The notes under the pieces: model-generated | What the model saw: only the letters and a program-made list of their open reading frames with translations | Told to the model about the DNA's origin: nothing | Database searches by the model: none | Shown here: positions 37,418-50,831 of the stretch, piece by piece | Numbering within the stretch: the stretch's first letter is position 1 | Layout: each line of letters begins with the position of its first letter | Position numbers and translations under genes: made by a program | NCBI GenBank assembly: GCA_013239625.1 | Contig: MU054323.1 | Coordinates: 13,127,950 to 13,191,949, forward strand | Direction: 5' to 3' | Origin: Lama guanicoe | Lineage: Eukaryota | DNA length: 64,000 bases

Positions 37418-37587
37418 GGTGACACCCCTGTCCTCCCAGAATGTGATGATTCATCGTGGCCAGACCCAGGAATATGTGCTCAAGCCCAAGTACTTTGCTG
37501 CCCAGAAGGCGATGGCGGGGGAGCAGTCTACGGAAGGGTCGTTCCCTCTGAGACACGGGCAAGATCACGTGGCGGCACCTTTTCAGT
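37418..37587 (+). CDS. LTBP1: LTBP1 long-isoform (LTBP1L) internal coding exon, exon 4 by recalled human numbering; 170 bp, phase 2 in / phase 1 out
   Basis: Polypyrimidine tract plus acceptor ttcttcccAG (37416-17) and donor T|GTGAGT (37588). It encodes VTPLSSQNVMIHRGQTQEYVLKPKYFAAQKAMAGEQSTEGSFPLRHGQDHVAAPFQ, recognisable as the LTBP1L N-terminal extension. It splices in frame to 62532 (T+TG = Leu, giving PFQ-L-GNHTGR). Confidence 0.95.
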
Positions 37588-39954
37588 GTGAGTATGGTCC
37601 TGCCAGTCGTCTTTCTGAGTTACTGTATTGTGGTTTGGAAATAGTTGGCTCTGTGTAGATGGCTTTAATGTGTCCTAGTAGATAAAATTCAAGAATTAGT
37701 TTTGAAATACCCACACCGGTGCCTAAAGCAACCAGACAGCAACATGGTTCCTTATTCAGAGGAAAGGCGGTTTTCCAGCATGTTGCCGAAGAGACAGATG
37801 TGACCTGCCTCTAATTCTGTTTCTGCAAGTTGGCTCCATTTCTGAGACATACTTGCTCTAATTTTTGATATGGTTCTATGTCTGACATGTTTACATTGAT
37901 AAGATACTTTCCATAGTGAGCTAGCCAGGATGCGTCCTTGGTGCTGTGTCTGCAGCGTCCAGCGGTGCTCCCTGAGGTCTGCCTGCAGCGGATGTTTTTG
38001 TTTGGGGGTGCACTTTTTTTGTGTATTGATCAGACAGTGTGACAGGTTTTACTGAGTCTGTAAGGAGCCATTGTATCAGTGGCCAGCTTGGTTAATACCT
38101 CACTGTGTGGGAAGTTCAAGGACGAGCCCTGGCTCCAAGGGTGGGGAATGTGATGATTTGTGGTTTAGGTATTACCGAGTGTCTGCTGGCAGCGTCTGGA
38201 GAAAATGTTCTTCAGGGAGACGGCAGACGGGTCAAAGGCGGGAGTTGGATGCATGCTCTCCTTCCAGCAGCTTCCTGCTCCGTCTCACGTTGACTGATGG
38301 CCTGCGCCATAAGTAGTGAAAGAGAATGCCAGTGGTGGGGTTGACGGGGACTTCTTTCACCACCCAGAGTCATGTGGGAAGCTGAAAGAGGATTTTTACT
38401 ACTGTTTGGCACTTGAGAAGTCTGTGTCTGTATGGACTTGATTCCTGGGGCCCAGCCCCACCTCCCAACATCGGTCACTTAGCAAAAAAGAGTAGCTAAT
38501 ATAAGGTGTGTACAATTCACTTTTCATCTTTCTGAGAAAATTGTGCTCATGCCTTGTGGCTGGACCCCAGAGCAATAGTTGGAGGTGATTTATTAGAATG
38601 ATGAGGGAAGAAGGGAGAAATGGTGCATGCACATCATCTCCTCGCCCTTTAGACAGGATAGCTTCCCAGTTATTTACAAAGCAATAGATGTATCCACCTT
38701 GTATTTAAAGATCCTTTAATTTTAGTCCTTAATAGCCTGTTCTGTAGGAATATCCCTATAATATTTTCTAATCTCAATCTGAAAAAATAAAATAAACCAA
38801 GAAGAGATACTTCTTAATTCTTTGGAGCTTTATATGGATCATATTTTGTAGAAGCTTTCCAAGATGAGAATGTGATAGGAAGAGAGTTTTTGAAAGCTTT
38901 CAATCATATTGATACAAGAATTCTGAATTTCATGGAGGTGTAAGGAAAAGATGGTTTGAGAATCCCTGGTATTAAGACTAGAGACTAGATTGTGGTTTGG
39001 GTTGATTATAGATGATTAATTATTGAAATGAAAATTCCCACTGTGTATGTGTATGTATGTATTTGAGACTCTCAAACCTTTGAACTGTCTTTTGGAAGAT
39101 GAAGTTACATTTTAGAAGAGTACGAAGTTTCTTATCTGTACTGTACATGAATGCCTCACTCACCCTGTTTAAATGTAGCTTCTCTGTACTGGGGAGCTAG
39201 TAAAGCAGTTTAGACTGAAACACGATCACTGTGATGGAGTGCTCTGCTGAAACCTGTCGAAAGTTGGTTATTGTTTAAGAAGAGGCCGAGGAAGTAAATT
39301 AGGCAGATATGTAGGAGAGACCAGGTGGGAGACATGGCTGTTTGTGGCTGAGACCAGAGCTCTACTGAGACCTGGAGAGCTAATTGGAAAGTTTTAAAAA
39401 TGGGTAATTTGGCAGGACTATTAAGGATATTAAGTACCAAAACTGAGTAAGAATAATAGGGAGATTAAAACTAGAATCTAGAAGGTACAAGTAGCAGTAA
39501 GGACCTAAAGGTATTGTTGCCCCACATCCAACTCTGCTCTAGGTAAAAGGAGCCCCCAAGGAAAGCTTCCATGAAATAGAAAGGAAGGGGAAGTTAGTAA
39601 GGGGAGTCTGAGGAAAAGCAGAAACTTTTAGTATTTTCATTTTCACTTTTATAAAAGAAGTGAAATGCCAACAGATTAACTTCACATTTTGCTGAAGGAT
39701 TTGAAGGTCTAACAGTAGGAATAGATATTTCTGACTCTAGGAAAACAGAAGATAATGCCATTAGGAGGGCATGTTGTGCTTGGGGATGAACCTGGGCTGC
39801 TGTGTCGTAGCAGTCCATGGAAGTGCTTTTGAGAAGCTGTGAGGACTAGAGAAAACATTTAGGCTGGTAAAGAACAAATGTTCTTTCCCTCTTTATGTGA
39901 GATAGAAAAGGTAGCCTACAGTAACTAACTACCAGTTGGTAGGCCTAATGTTGA

Positions 39955-40150
39955 TAACTTGTATACAAATATTTGTAGCAGCATTATTCACAATAGCCAA
40001 AAAGTGAACAACCAAAATGTCCAGCAGCTGATAGTAGACAAACACATGTGGTATATCCTACAATTAGTGATTCAGCTGTAAAAAGGAATGTGATGCATGC
40101 CACAACCACTGAGCAACCGTGATGTGTACCTAGATCTCTAAGCATCATGT
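39955..40150 (+). mobile_element. Old L1 3' fragment
   Basis: ACTTGTATACAAATATTTGTAGCAGCATTATTCACAATAGCCAAAAAG...AAAAAGGAATG. Confidence 0.75.
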
Positions 40151-40637
40151 AACGTAATCAGCTTATGATAAGAGGCAGCAACACTTAAAGATCAAGTGAA
40201 TAAGGATTTGCTGTTGACATCTGATAAAGGAAAAGAGAATTGATCAGAATAGTAGGAAGAAGTTGATGTAGGGGTGATGGGTTCAGTAAAATAGAATGTG
40301 TTAAAGTGTTAAGTCTAGCACTCTCCAGATAAAACAGTCTAGACAGGGAAACACAGACTATCAAGTTGCTAGCAAGGTATCCTTTGTGAGGAATGAATAC
40401 TTCATTGGAATTTGTTAGAGTTTTGATGACATAACTGTTCCTCTCCGATGTCTACATGCTGCTTTTCCTATTTTGATCTAGTGCATTTACCAGCTTTCTG
40501 AGTCACTTCTTAGTAATTTGACTTCATGAGTTGGGTATTGTCTGGTTGCTAGATATTTCTAGTGATAAATTAATAACAGCGCTCTGCTTTATCCATTGGT
40601 CTTAATACAGCTTAATTTGCATGGGGATCATCTGGAG

Positions 40638-40844
40638 CAGGGGTCTGCAGATTGTTTCTTAAAGGACTTAATAATAAGTATTTTAGGCATCATGAGCCAA
40701 GATACAAATTGAGGATGTTATATGTAGATAGTTAGATATTTAAAGTGCAAGCATTGAAAAATGTAAAATTTCTTAGCTGGTAGGTTGTAAAAATTCAGGT
40801 AGCTGGCTGGGTTTGACCCACTGGCTGTCATTTGCCAAACGCTG
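40638..40844 (+). mobile_element. MER58-like hAT element with 8-bp TSD
   Basis: CAGGGGTCTGCAGA...TTTGCCAAACGCTG termini; TSD ATCTGGAG (40630-37) / ATCTAGAG (40845-52). Confidence 0.8.
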
Positions 40845-40878
40845 ATCTAGAGGTTCAGTTTCTCAATCTACTAAAAAG

Positions 40879-41829
40879 GCAACCTATGGAATGGGAGAAA
40901 ATATTTGCAAATGATGAGACTGACAGGAAGTTAATATCCAAAATAAACAGCTCATACAACTCAATATCAAAAAAACAAACAATCCAGTCAAAAAAGGGGC
41001 AGAAGACTTGAATAGGCATTTATCTGAAGAAGACACACAGGTGGCTAACAGGCACATGAAGAGATGGTGAACATCTTTGTTAGAGAAATGCAAATCAAAA
41101 ACACAATGAGGTATCCCCTCACACTTGTCAGACAGGCTATCACAAAAAGGCCTATGAAGAGGAAATGTTGGGGAGGATGTGGAGAAAAGGGAATGTACTT
41201 GTGCTCTGTTGATGGGAGTGTAAATTGGTGCAGCCACTGTGGAAATCAGTGTAGGGGTTCCTCAAAAAACTAAAGATGGAACTACCTTATGACCCAACAA
41301 CTCCACTCCTTGATATTTATCTGGAAAAAACAAAAACACTAGTTTGAAAAACTACATGCACTACAGTGTTCATAGCAGCACTATTTACAATAGGCAAGAC
41401 ATGGAAGCCATCCAAGCACCCATCAACAGGCGGTTGGATTACGATGTGGAGCATATATACAATGGAATATTACTCAGTTACATTTAGTGAATTAAGTCAG
41501 AGAAAGACAAATCTTGTATGATATCACTTATATATGGAATCTAAAAATGAATGTATATGCAAAACAGAAACAGACTCACAGAAAGAGAAAACAAACTTGT
41601 GGTTACCAAAGAGGAGAGGGAAGGAAGGAAGGAAAAATCTAGAGGTATGAGTTTAACAGATACAAACTACTCTATATAAAATAAGCAACGGGATATACTG
41701 TGTAGCACAGGGAATTATACCCATTATCTTGTAATGGAATATAATCTGCAAAAATACTGAATCAGTATGTTATACACCTGAAACTAACACAATATTGTAA
41801 ATCAACTTTACTTAAGTTTAAAAAAAAAA
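40879..41829 (+). mobile_element. 5'-truncated L1 (ORF2 3' part, 3'UTR, A-tail)
   Basis: Typical L1 text (GAATGGGAGAAAATATTTGCAAA, GAAATGCAAATCAAAA, TGTTCATAGCAGCACTATTTACAAT) and an A-tail at 41820-29. Possible decayed TSD tcaatctactaaaaag (40863-78) / tcagtctgctgaaaag (41830-45). Confidence 0.9.
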
Positions 41830-42214
41830 TCAGTCTGCTGAAAAGATCTGGATTTTGAACCTGATTGACTGGGGTGCCTGGAATAGGACAGTTGAATAAA
41901 AAGATACTCAAAGGGCCCTGTCTGTAACCAACTGTTCTTCATTGTCACTGTCCCCAGCAACCCACCCTTAGTTCTTACTCATAGCTCCACTTAGTTCAGA
42001 GGCAGCTGGAAAGTCATGGACTACCAGGACACCCCTTGTGTGTGATATGCCTAGTTTCCTGTAATGTTAGTGCAGCACGCCACAGCATCTGGAAACGTAA
42101 TGGGTGTTACTCCTGCTTGTTTATAGAAAGCCTTTTGATACTGGTGGAAATAACATTTTCACTGGATGATCCAGTAACGGTCATGCAGCTGGAATCACAT
42201 CAAGGTATCACCCC

Positions 42215-42730
42215 GAGTTCCTCAAAAAGTTAAACATTGAGTTAACTCTATGACCCAGCAGTTCTGCTCCTAAGTATATACCCAAGAGGAGTAAGAATGT
42301 GTGTACTCAAAACCGTGTATACAAATGTTCATAGCAGTGTTAGTCACAGTTGCCAAAAAGTGAGAACCGCCAAACTGCCCATCAGCTGATCGTGGATAAA
42401 CGAAAGGTGGTGTATCCTGCCGTTGGCTGTTAAGCCATAAAAAGGAATGAAATATGATATGTGCCACAGTGTGAATGAACCTTGATGGCAAGCTGAGGAA
42501 GAGCCCAGATACAAAGGACTCCAGGTCCCCTGATTCCATTTACATGAAGAACCCAGACAGACAGACAGACAGACAGTGGATGAGTGGTTGCTGGGTGCTG
42601 GGGAGAACAGGAATGAGGAGTAACCATTTATGGGTAAGGAGTTTTCTTTTGGGCTGATGAAAGTGTTCTGGAATTAGTCATCATGGTTACACAAACTTCT
42701 GAATATACTAAAGTCATGTATTAAAAAAAA
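42215..42730 (+). mobile_element. Older L1 (L1MB-like) 3' fragment
   Basis: CCTCAAAAAGTTAAACAT...TATGACCCAGCA...AATGTTCATAGCAG...TTTCTTTTGGGCTGATGAAAGTGTTCTGGAATTAG. Confidence 0.8.
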
Positions 42731-45700
42731 ACTATGAAAATACTTTCAAAATTAATTCTAAATAGATAGTTATAAAAACTTACGGAATGGAGGTCACTGC
42801 TTCTCTCCAAAGTCCTAAGATAGGGGGTTGAGAGGGTCTACTTTATTGAGTACCTTCTTTGGTAACTTGTAGGAAATGTTTGAGTACATAAACCAAAATC
42901 TGTTGCAGTTGGTTTATTAGTATTTTTAATCTAGAGGGAGGCAAGATGAAAGGACATGATATTGTTTCAAAGATGATCTTATAAAAATGGTCAGTTGAAA
43001 TTCTTATAGTAGCCTCTGCTCAGGAGCAAACCCAAATAACTTGTAGAGATGAGTTTGGCACAGCCCACTAGAAGACCTTGAGGGTAATAAGTATCTACCC
43101 CATGCTATCTCCTGTTGTGGTAAAAATACCATGGGATGCTTGATAATATTAAAACCAGAAAATAGTGTTTCTATTATGGCTGATGGTGGAAGGACAGTTT
43201 AATCATCAGGGTTAATGAGCCCTAGAGAGCTTACTAAGGTAGAGTGTGGAGTTACTAATGAAGGAAGTCTTTAGGATGAGCAGAAATATCCGTGTAACTG
43301 AAATAGCTTCCTAGACAACTGGTTTGCAGATAATGCAAAGAGTCCCAGAGCTAAGAAATTGGGGAATCTGATTTAAATATTCACCTGCTCCACTTTTGCT
43401 ATTATATCAGTTTAATATTTGGAAATTTCTATACATTTAAACTTTTCTAAATTGCTCATTCTAGTTGTTTTCCTATCAAGATGGACTTAGCTTTTTAAAA
43501 GGTTGATTGTATTTTAAAGTTGCCTACCATAATCTTAATTTAAATGCAATAGAGTCAAAATCTGAAATTTCAAGAAAGGCAGACACTGTTACATACTACC
43601 TCTCTAAAGTTTTTAAAGTAGATACAAGTCAGACTCTTAAAAGAATGGCCGTATTACCTTCTGATATGCTGTGAGATATGAGAGTGGGAGTGATGACTGG
43701 CATGGCAAACATGGATACTGTTGAGTTACAAAAAGTTAGGACAAGCCTACTTTCATTTGTACTTAAATTGTTAAACATAACCTTCCTGCTTAGGTTAGCA
43801 GCCACACTGGTGCAGGCAGCACGTACCCAGCCCCACACAGAAGGCCACTTCTGGCAGAGGAAAGCCTTACCCCACCTGTCCTGGGACCCCAGGAACAAAC
43901 AGTCCTGGATCCTGTGGTCTGCGCTGACCTCTTCCAGTCCTTGCAACAGACCAGTCAACTCAGCTGCTGCCCACTGGTCAGTCATGGCTGATTGGAGTTC
44001 CCAGCTCCCCCATTAGAAGATAGAACAGCCACTCAGGTCTTGGATTTGAGAGGGAGGCAAAGAGCCCGTTGTTCCCAAGTCCGTGCAGCCCAGCTCTAGC
44101 CTGACTGCAGCTCGTAGCTCCATGTTAGGAAGGGCCTGGGCCCTTTGGGCACATGAGGCTTCCTTTTTTAGTGACACTGTGGTCGATTGTGCTGGCATTA
44201 GCCTTCAGCTGTGTTCACTCTGACATCAAGAAGCATAAGACATGAGAGTATCTCATTGCTTGATGACAGATGTTGTATCTCCCCTTGAAAAATGCATGTG
44301 TCTGGAGTGAAGGTTTTGTATGGTTGCAGACTGACAGAGCGAAGATGTTACCATTACCATTAAATTGTCCTGGTAGTCCTGACTGAGAGAAGAGAGTGGT
44401 TCTGCAGAGTGTTAGAGGAAACATCCAAGAGGTTTGTTTTAGCAAAACAAATCTGAAGTTTAAGGGCTAGACAGGCAGTATTTGGCCTGGACTGTTCTGC
44501 TGTGCCAGCCAGTTCAGGTAGGTGGGTAGGAACATTGACAGGCTCTGGATACACAGTGCCAGTTCCAGAATCTTCATGGGGGGAGTCTGTGCTGTAGTTC
44601 AGAGCACCCACCACAGATGGAAGTTGACTTGAGAGTAAGGAAGTCAAAATTCATCCTCTGCTCATTGGGCCTTTGCAAGAAGGGGAGAAGGTGGAGTGGC
44701 AACTGGATGAAGGCAAATGTCAATGTCCTCAGTACAGATGAGCAGAATTGGAACCAGATTCCTAATTGCAGGATGAATTTGCAGTATGGTGACCTCCAGA
44801 GGAACAATTTGAAAATGTAGCTGAGAAGGGGTCTGGTCCTGAGAACCACCCTCACCTTATTTGGATGTTGACCTTGAGGATATGGGTGGTAGGAAGAGGA
44901 TGTGAAGAGAGAAAAGAGAGGAGATGCAAATGTGCTGGCAATCCCCGTTGTCTCAGATGCCCTCTCTGATAGGTTCTGATTGGTTGGGAGCCCCACCAGG
45001 GCAAAGCTTTGGAGGTGGATGAAGCGGGCACTTGGGAGAGAGGAGCATTCCACAGATGTGCATTCTTCAGCACTGGAAAGCCTTTCCTGCGTGGAGACTA
45101 CCTTTAGCTTGTCGTGTGGAGGTTAATGTGTCTTGGGGAATGGCTTCATCCCAATCCAGCAGGTACAAAGTAGCAGTAGAATTTGAACCACCCAGAAACG
45201 ATCTTACCCAAAGCTGATACAAACTAACGAAAAGTTTAGCATTTAAAAGGGATACTATGTGTGCAAACATACTGCCTTAAAGAAAGAATGACGGTAAAGC
45301 TCTGTGCTTTTTCCCTTGTGAAATCAACAAGTTCCTGAATATGCTTGGTCACTTGCCCACAACTGTGTGTGGGAACTGGGGACCCTGAGCCAGTTTCCCA
45401 GCCGTATGGCAGGGTGGATCTTAACACTTGAATGGCCAGAAGAAAATCACCCACTTGTCAGTAATTTCTGGCAAAGTCCTTGTTGGCCTAAAAGCCTAAA
45501 CAGCAAAGCAACAGCACAGTGGATATAAAAAATGCTGCAGAAAGCATTCTGAGGAATGTGGGTGAACACCAGGGTTTTGCAGAGTTGATGTCCTTAGGAC
45601 TTGGATTCCGATGGCATATTACCTGTTGTAGGAGAAGTTCCATGTACGGTCTTGCTGTGGCCACTGTGCCTCAGTTGGAGGTGTGAGGGTGGGTGGTTTA

Positions 45701-47475
45701 TTATATCGAGGGGTTGTTTGGTCATATCCCAGTCCAGGGACGTATGTGAACAAGACCATCCTTCTTGTTTCTTAATCACTCACAGTTTAAGATAGCTGGG
45801 AAGTGGTTGCTATTGGATTGCTTATAAACACTGCCAAGAAGCTTATCCACCAATATGAAAACAGTGGAGAAAACCTAAAGTGAAAGGATTATGTAACCGA
45901 AATTCCCAGCGGGCATCTTTCCGTCCCAGGGAAAGAGGCTTTAATCTCGAAGGGCCCAGGATTTCACAACAAATAAAGCAATCCAGGGACATTTCTGGGT
46001 GTTCAGACTATGTGAGTTCAGATATTGAGAAATGCTATAGGGCTCCAGAATAATCTGCGAGCAAACTGTGCTATTTCTAAGGAAAAATGGAACACGTGAA
46101 TTGATGGTTTGGCCTGTGGGAAACTACAAACCAGTGTGTTGGGAGGAGAAAACTTGGTTTGAAAAAAGATGGTGCCTCCTGAGCCTTAGGATTTATTTAC
46201 CAGAAATTGAGGACTTGACTTTACTTCTAAATGGGAAAATGGTTTCTAGAAAATTAATCATTATTAGAGTTGAAATCATGCTTCGTAACACCTCACGAGC
46301 AGTAGTTTTGTATCTAAAGGGAATTGAAGTAGAATGCTTTGTCGTCTTGTGGGTTAGCCTTCTTACAGAAAGGTCCTCTTTGTGTTATAATTGATCGCCT
46401 TGTGGTGAATCTGTTCCCGCTTTGAGGAAGTGAAGACCACAGTACCTTTTTGTGTTTTTATTTGCTGTTTCTTAAAGAAGTTTTTGTGTTGTAATTTTCT
46501 GCGATTTTAGCCGTGCATTATTTTTCACTATTGACTTGGGATTAGCCTCTTCAGAAATTGAAACGTAGTTAAGCTGAGAGCCAGCTGCCCTGGTTGCCTC
46601 GTGCTCCTCCCGTACAGATAGTGGAAGTTAACCCATGGCTGGAGCAGGAGGAAAACCTTGCTTCCCTGAGAGGTAGTTGCAAGATGGTTATATGAGTATT
46701 TCTTCTGACAGGCAAACTTGTTATATATGTGTAAATACATGTATACACACAAATATATTCGGTCAATATATGAATGTGTATTACTTAAACATTTACTTCT
46801 TGGAGCTTCTTACATCATCCGTATAGCAAGTATCCATTAAGAAATTCTTGTAGCCCTGACTGTGCTGCACAAGTTTGCTCCCTCAAGTTTCCAGTTTCAT
46901 TGAATGAAAACATTTTAAGTGGGCAGTGGTTGCTCTTGGGAACACCATCACAGTTATTTAAAAATCCCTGTATCCTAGAAACAGATTTGGAAAGCTTTGC
47001 ATCCACAGAGCAGGTGAGAGGGAGTTGGTCGTGGTTCCTTTTGTTTGATGGCCCCTGGGCTTCTTGTGTGGGATGTAGTGCTCTCCCCGTCGCCTCCTGC
47101 AACCACACGCACCAGGCAGCTGTGCTCCTGGTTTTAATGAAGGCTGCTTAATGGCTACAGGTGCCTCTCCTGGTTTCAGCCACCTGCTTCAGATCCAGCA
47201 GAGACCAGAGCGCTTCCTCCCATGTGCTCAGCTTACATTCCATGGCAGGCTGCTGAAGCAGGCCTCTGCCTTGCTCTGTGGGGCTACAGTCGTCATCCCC
47301 ACAAATGAAATCTTTGAATTTATATTTTATCCCCTTGTGGTTCGGTTAGGTAGATACATTCTTGTCCTGAGGTCCTGCCCCTTCTTTTTTTTTTTTTTTT
47401 TACTGGCAATATTTAATGAACATGGAAGACTATTTAAGTGTGCTTTAGTTTGTTTTTATAGCATGAGACAGCAGC

Positions 47476-47522
47476 ATATATGTATATATATGTATGTATG
47501 TGTGTGTGTGTGTATATATATA
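47476..47522. repeat. Compound (TA)/(TATG)/(TG) microsatellite
   Basis: catatatgtatatatatgtatgtatgtgtgtgtgtgtgtatatatata. Confidence 0.85.
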
Positions 47523-50319
47523 ACTTCCCTGACCATTTAAACTTTTTTCATGACATTTTATTCATCCCAGAATAACTTGCTTTGACTGATGGAATGTGGG
47601 GTGGGTGGAATGATCCAGCCAGAGGCCTTGTGTGGTTCCAGTGTTTCCTGAAAAAGACACATATCTGGTCTACTAACATGCCATCTCCTTTGCCATCTTT
47701 TCTTAGATGGTTTTATCAGCAAGGCAGAAGACTTTGAAACAATCCAGACGAATCAGCTGTTAATCTAGTAGAGCAGACAGTACTGTTCTAATCAGATAGG
47801 ATGCATGTAGGTAAAAATGCTATGATGGGGACCCCACATTCTTGCCAGAGTGGACTGGAAAGTGGATAGGCACTTAAGAAAAACCAGTCCGACCTGGCTG
47901 GCTGCCTTAGAAAGTTCCTCGGCAGAAGAGCTTTCCCCAGCAGGGATGGTACTGATGAAGTGAACCAGAACCTCTGTGAAGGTATTGGGACGTTAGAGTT
48001 AAGCAGTTCGTACCCATGGCAGAAGTGGAGCACCAAGCAGAAGCAGCATTAGCCAGAGAGAAGCTTTCTGTCACATTAATGTTGGTTACAAGAATGTCAT
48101 TCAACAGCCTTTTCTGGAAAGGGCTGGGGACAGGGCAGTCTCTAATGGGTTGCTGAAAGTACCGTGGACTCTTAGCATCTTAGCAGTTCCTGAAATACTC
48201 CCTAGTCTCCATGAGGTCTGGCTTCTGTGGCTGTTCCTGGATCTTCTCGGGACTTACCTCCCGTATTGCTGCACCAGCCTTACCATCCCATTCCATCCCT
48301 TGAGATGCTGTGCGCTCCTCACATCATGTTGTGGGCAGAGACTCCAGCTCTCACATGTTCTGTCTGTACCCTTCCCTCTGACAGCTGCATGTCCTGATGT
48401 CTCTGAGCCTCAGAATTGGCTTTTTTAGGGAATGAAAACCCATCTGCTTTCCTGCCCATTTTTTTTTTTTTTGCTTTCCTACTTCTCTTCACTCCCCCTT
48501 TTTTTTTTTTAAAGCTCATACTGTCTACCCCTCTTACTTCTAAGAAAGGTTGGGGTGGGTTGGTGATGGACAGAGGAGTGGATGGGTCAGTTCCATCGTT
48601 TCCTCAAGACTATTGAGACATGGAGCGAATCGTTCTTCCTGGCCTGGTTTCCGTAGGGCCTGATGTGTTACCATATTTATATCTGAGCAGCCATTTGGGT
48701 TTTGAACAGAAGCATTCTCAGGTCTCAGGGATTCTTGCTCATGTGGAATGGAGAATGTCCAGTTTGGAGTTCATTAGTGTAGATAGGAGCACTTTCAGTA
48801 AGACTCCTGAAATTCCGTCATATCTTTTATTCATTCATCACTGTTTTTGGTATGGGTTTTCAGGCAGCCACAGTGGAGGTGGGGGGAATATGTATAAGTT
48901 CGGCAGAGTATATTGGACATGCTCTGCCGTGTCTTGAATGTGGAAATATAGCAAAGCTAGATACCTTTTTTTAGAAGGAGTTTTAAAATACTCTTAGCGG
49001 AGCAAGTGATTCATAATGTTTCTTGTCAGAGATCCCAGTTTCCAAACCACACCTTAATATACCTCAAGAACATATAATATGTATTCTAAAAAATCTGCTC
49101 TAGGCATTGTAAATTATATTCTTGTCTCTGAAGATCAAGTAATTAGGCAATTTGGTTGTAGGCTCATTTGTTTTCCCCAAAAACACTGTGTAGCTTCCAT
49201 CCTCGTCTTTCTCATCTCTTTAGTGCTTAGCACAGCCAACCACTGAGCTAAGTGCTTGATACACGGTAATTCAGTATGTTACATTGTAATCTTAGTACAT
49301 TATTTGACTGTTTAAACTGTATCCTATGTGTTATGCATCTGTTTTTTTAGGAACCAAAAATAGAATGAATTAAAAATTGCCGAAACAAATCTTGTTCATT
49401 GAAGGATGACTGTTCACCTCTTCTTTTAAGTTACTTTTGTATGAAGTCAATTTGACTGTATTTTAAAAACTTGTCAACTTTATTATATATAGGACTTTAA
49501 TGACCATAACACACTTGAAAAATTATCTCAATGTAGAGCTTCCGGCAAGAATTGTTTTAACCAAAAATAGTCCAAATGCAAAATAAGCCTTTCTAATCAT
49601 GGATTCCTATGGTGGCTTGAAATGCATTTCAAGATGCCTTTCAAGAATGTGAAGCCAGTGAGATCTTATCTGGAAATTGTGTAGGAACCAAAGTCCACAG
49701 TAGAATTTTACTTTGTTCTAGGGTTTTTAATAATAAGTATGATTATGAAAGCAAACATCCTGAGATGCAAATTTCCCGTATTTGCTTGTGTGTTTTGCTC
49801 TGTAACATATCGTGGGGTAAGTGTCACTACCTGTTTGTTTTTTTCTCACAGTTACTCTGTAAAGAGCTGACCACGTATAATGATACCTTCGTACATTTAC
49901 GTAGCATTAACAGCTTATGAATTACATCCTTATAGATTATTTCATACGGCCTCTGCTGCAGCCCTCTCAGGTAGATGGGTTGAATCATGCAGTGTGTCCT
50001 TTTTCTTCTCTAGTTTTCAGGATTCTGGTGGTGGGGTCAGTGAGTGGCTTTACTGATTCCTCTCCTGTTGAAGCTGTGTTAGTTTCTCTGTGAAATACAA
50101 ATCTTAACACTTATTCCATGGAATGGTTGTAAGAATAAAGTGAGATGAAGGATATGATCGCTCACCTGCTGCCAAACACACAGTATGTGGTCCAGTCCAA
50201 CTTAGTAAGCACTCCATCCATGTGTCATGAGTTTATCCGTCATGTAGACAGTGCTCTATACATTGAGAAAGGTCCAAACATTACTGTTCCTGTGTTGTCA
50301 GAAAAGCAAGGAGGAGTGT

Positions 50320-50831
50320 GTGAATTTATATTATCTTTTGCAGTGTAACAGACTATCCCAAACCTTATCTTGGTTTCTGTGGGTCGAGAATTGGGAATTA
50401 CTATAGCTGATTGGTTCTGGCTCAGGTTCTTTTATGGAGTTTATAATCAGGATGTCAGTGAGGGGCCGCAGTTATCTCACGGCTTGCCTAGGGCTGGAAG
50501 ATCTGCTTTCAGGATTGCTGACTCACGTGGTGATTGGCAGGAGGCTTCAACATTTTGCCACATGGGCCTCTCTGTAGACTCCCCAGGTGTTCTCACAGCA
50601 TGGGAGCTGGCTTCCCCCAGAATGAGCAATCCAAGAAAGAGAGCAAGACAGAAGCTGCAGTGCATGCCTTTTATGATCTAGTCTCCAAAGTCGCAAAATA
50701 TCACTTTTGCTTTATTTTGTTCTTTAGACATGAGTCGCCAAGACCAACCAGGCTCAAGGGGAGGGGAACTGGATGTCATCTTTTGAAGAAAGACAAAGCA
50801 GAGACCTTGTGGACATGTTTTAAAACCATCA
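50320..50831 (-). mobile_element. MaLR LTR (MLT1F/G/H-like)
   Basis: GGTTCTGGCTCAGG...GGGCTGGAAGATCTGCTTTCAGG...CACATGGGCCTCTC...GCTGGCTTCCCCCAGAATGAG...ACATGTTTTAAAACCA. Confidence 0.82.

Noticed and set aside
37588..37658. ORF continuation CEYGPASRLS... after the LTBP1 exon
   Set aside because: Intronic read-through past a consensus GTGAGT donor.
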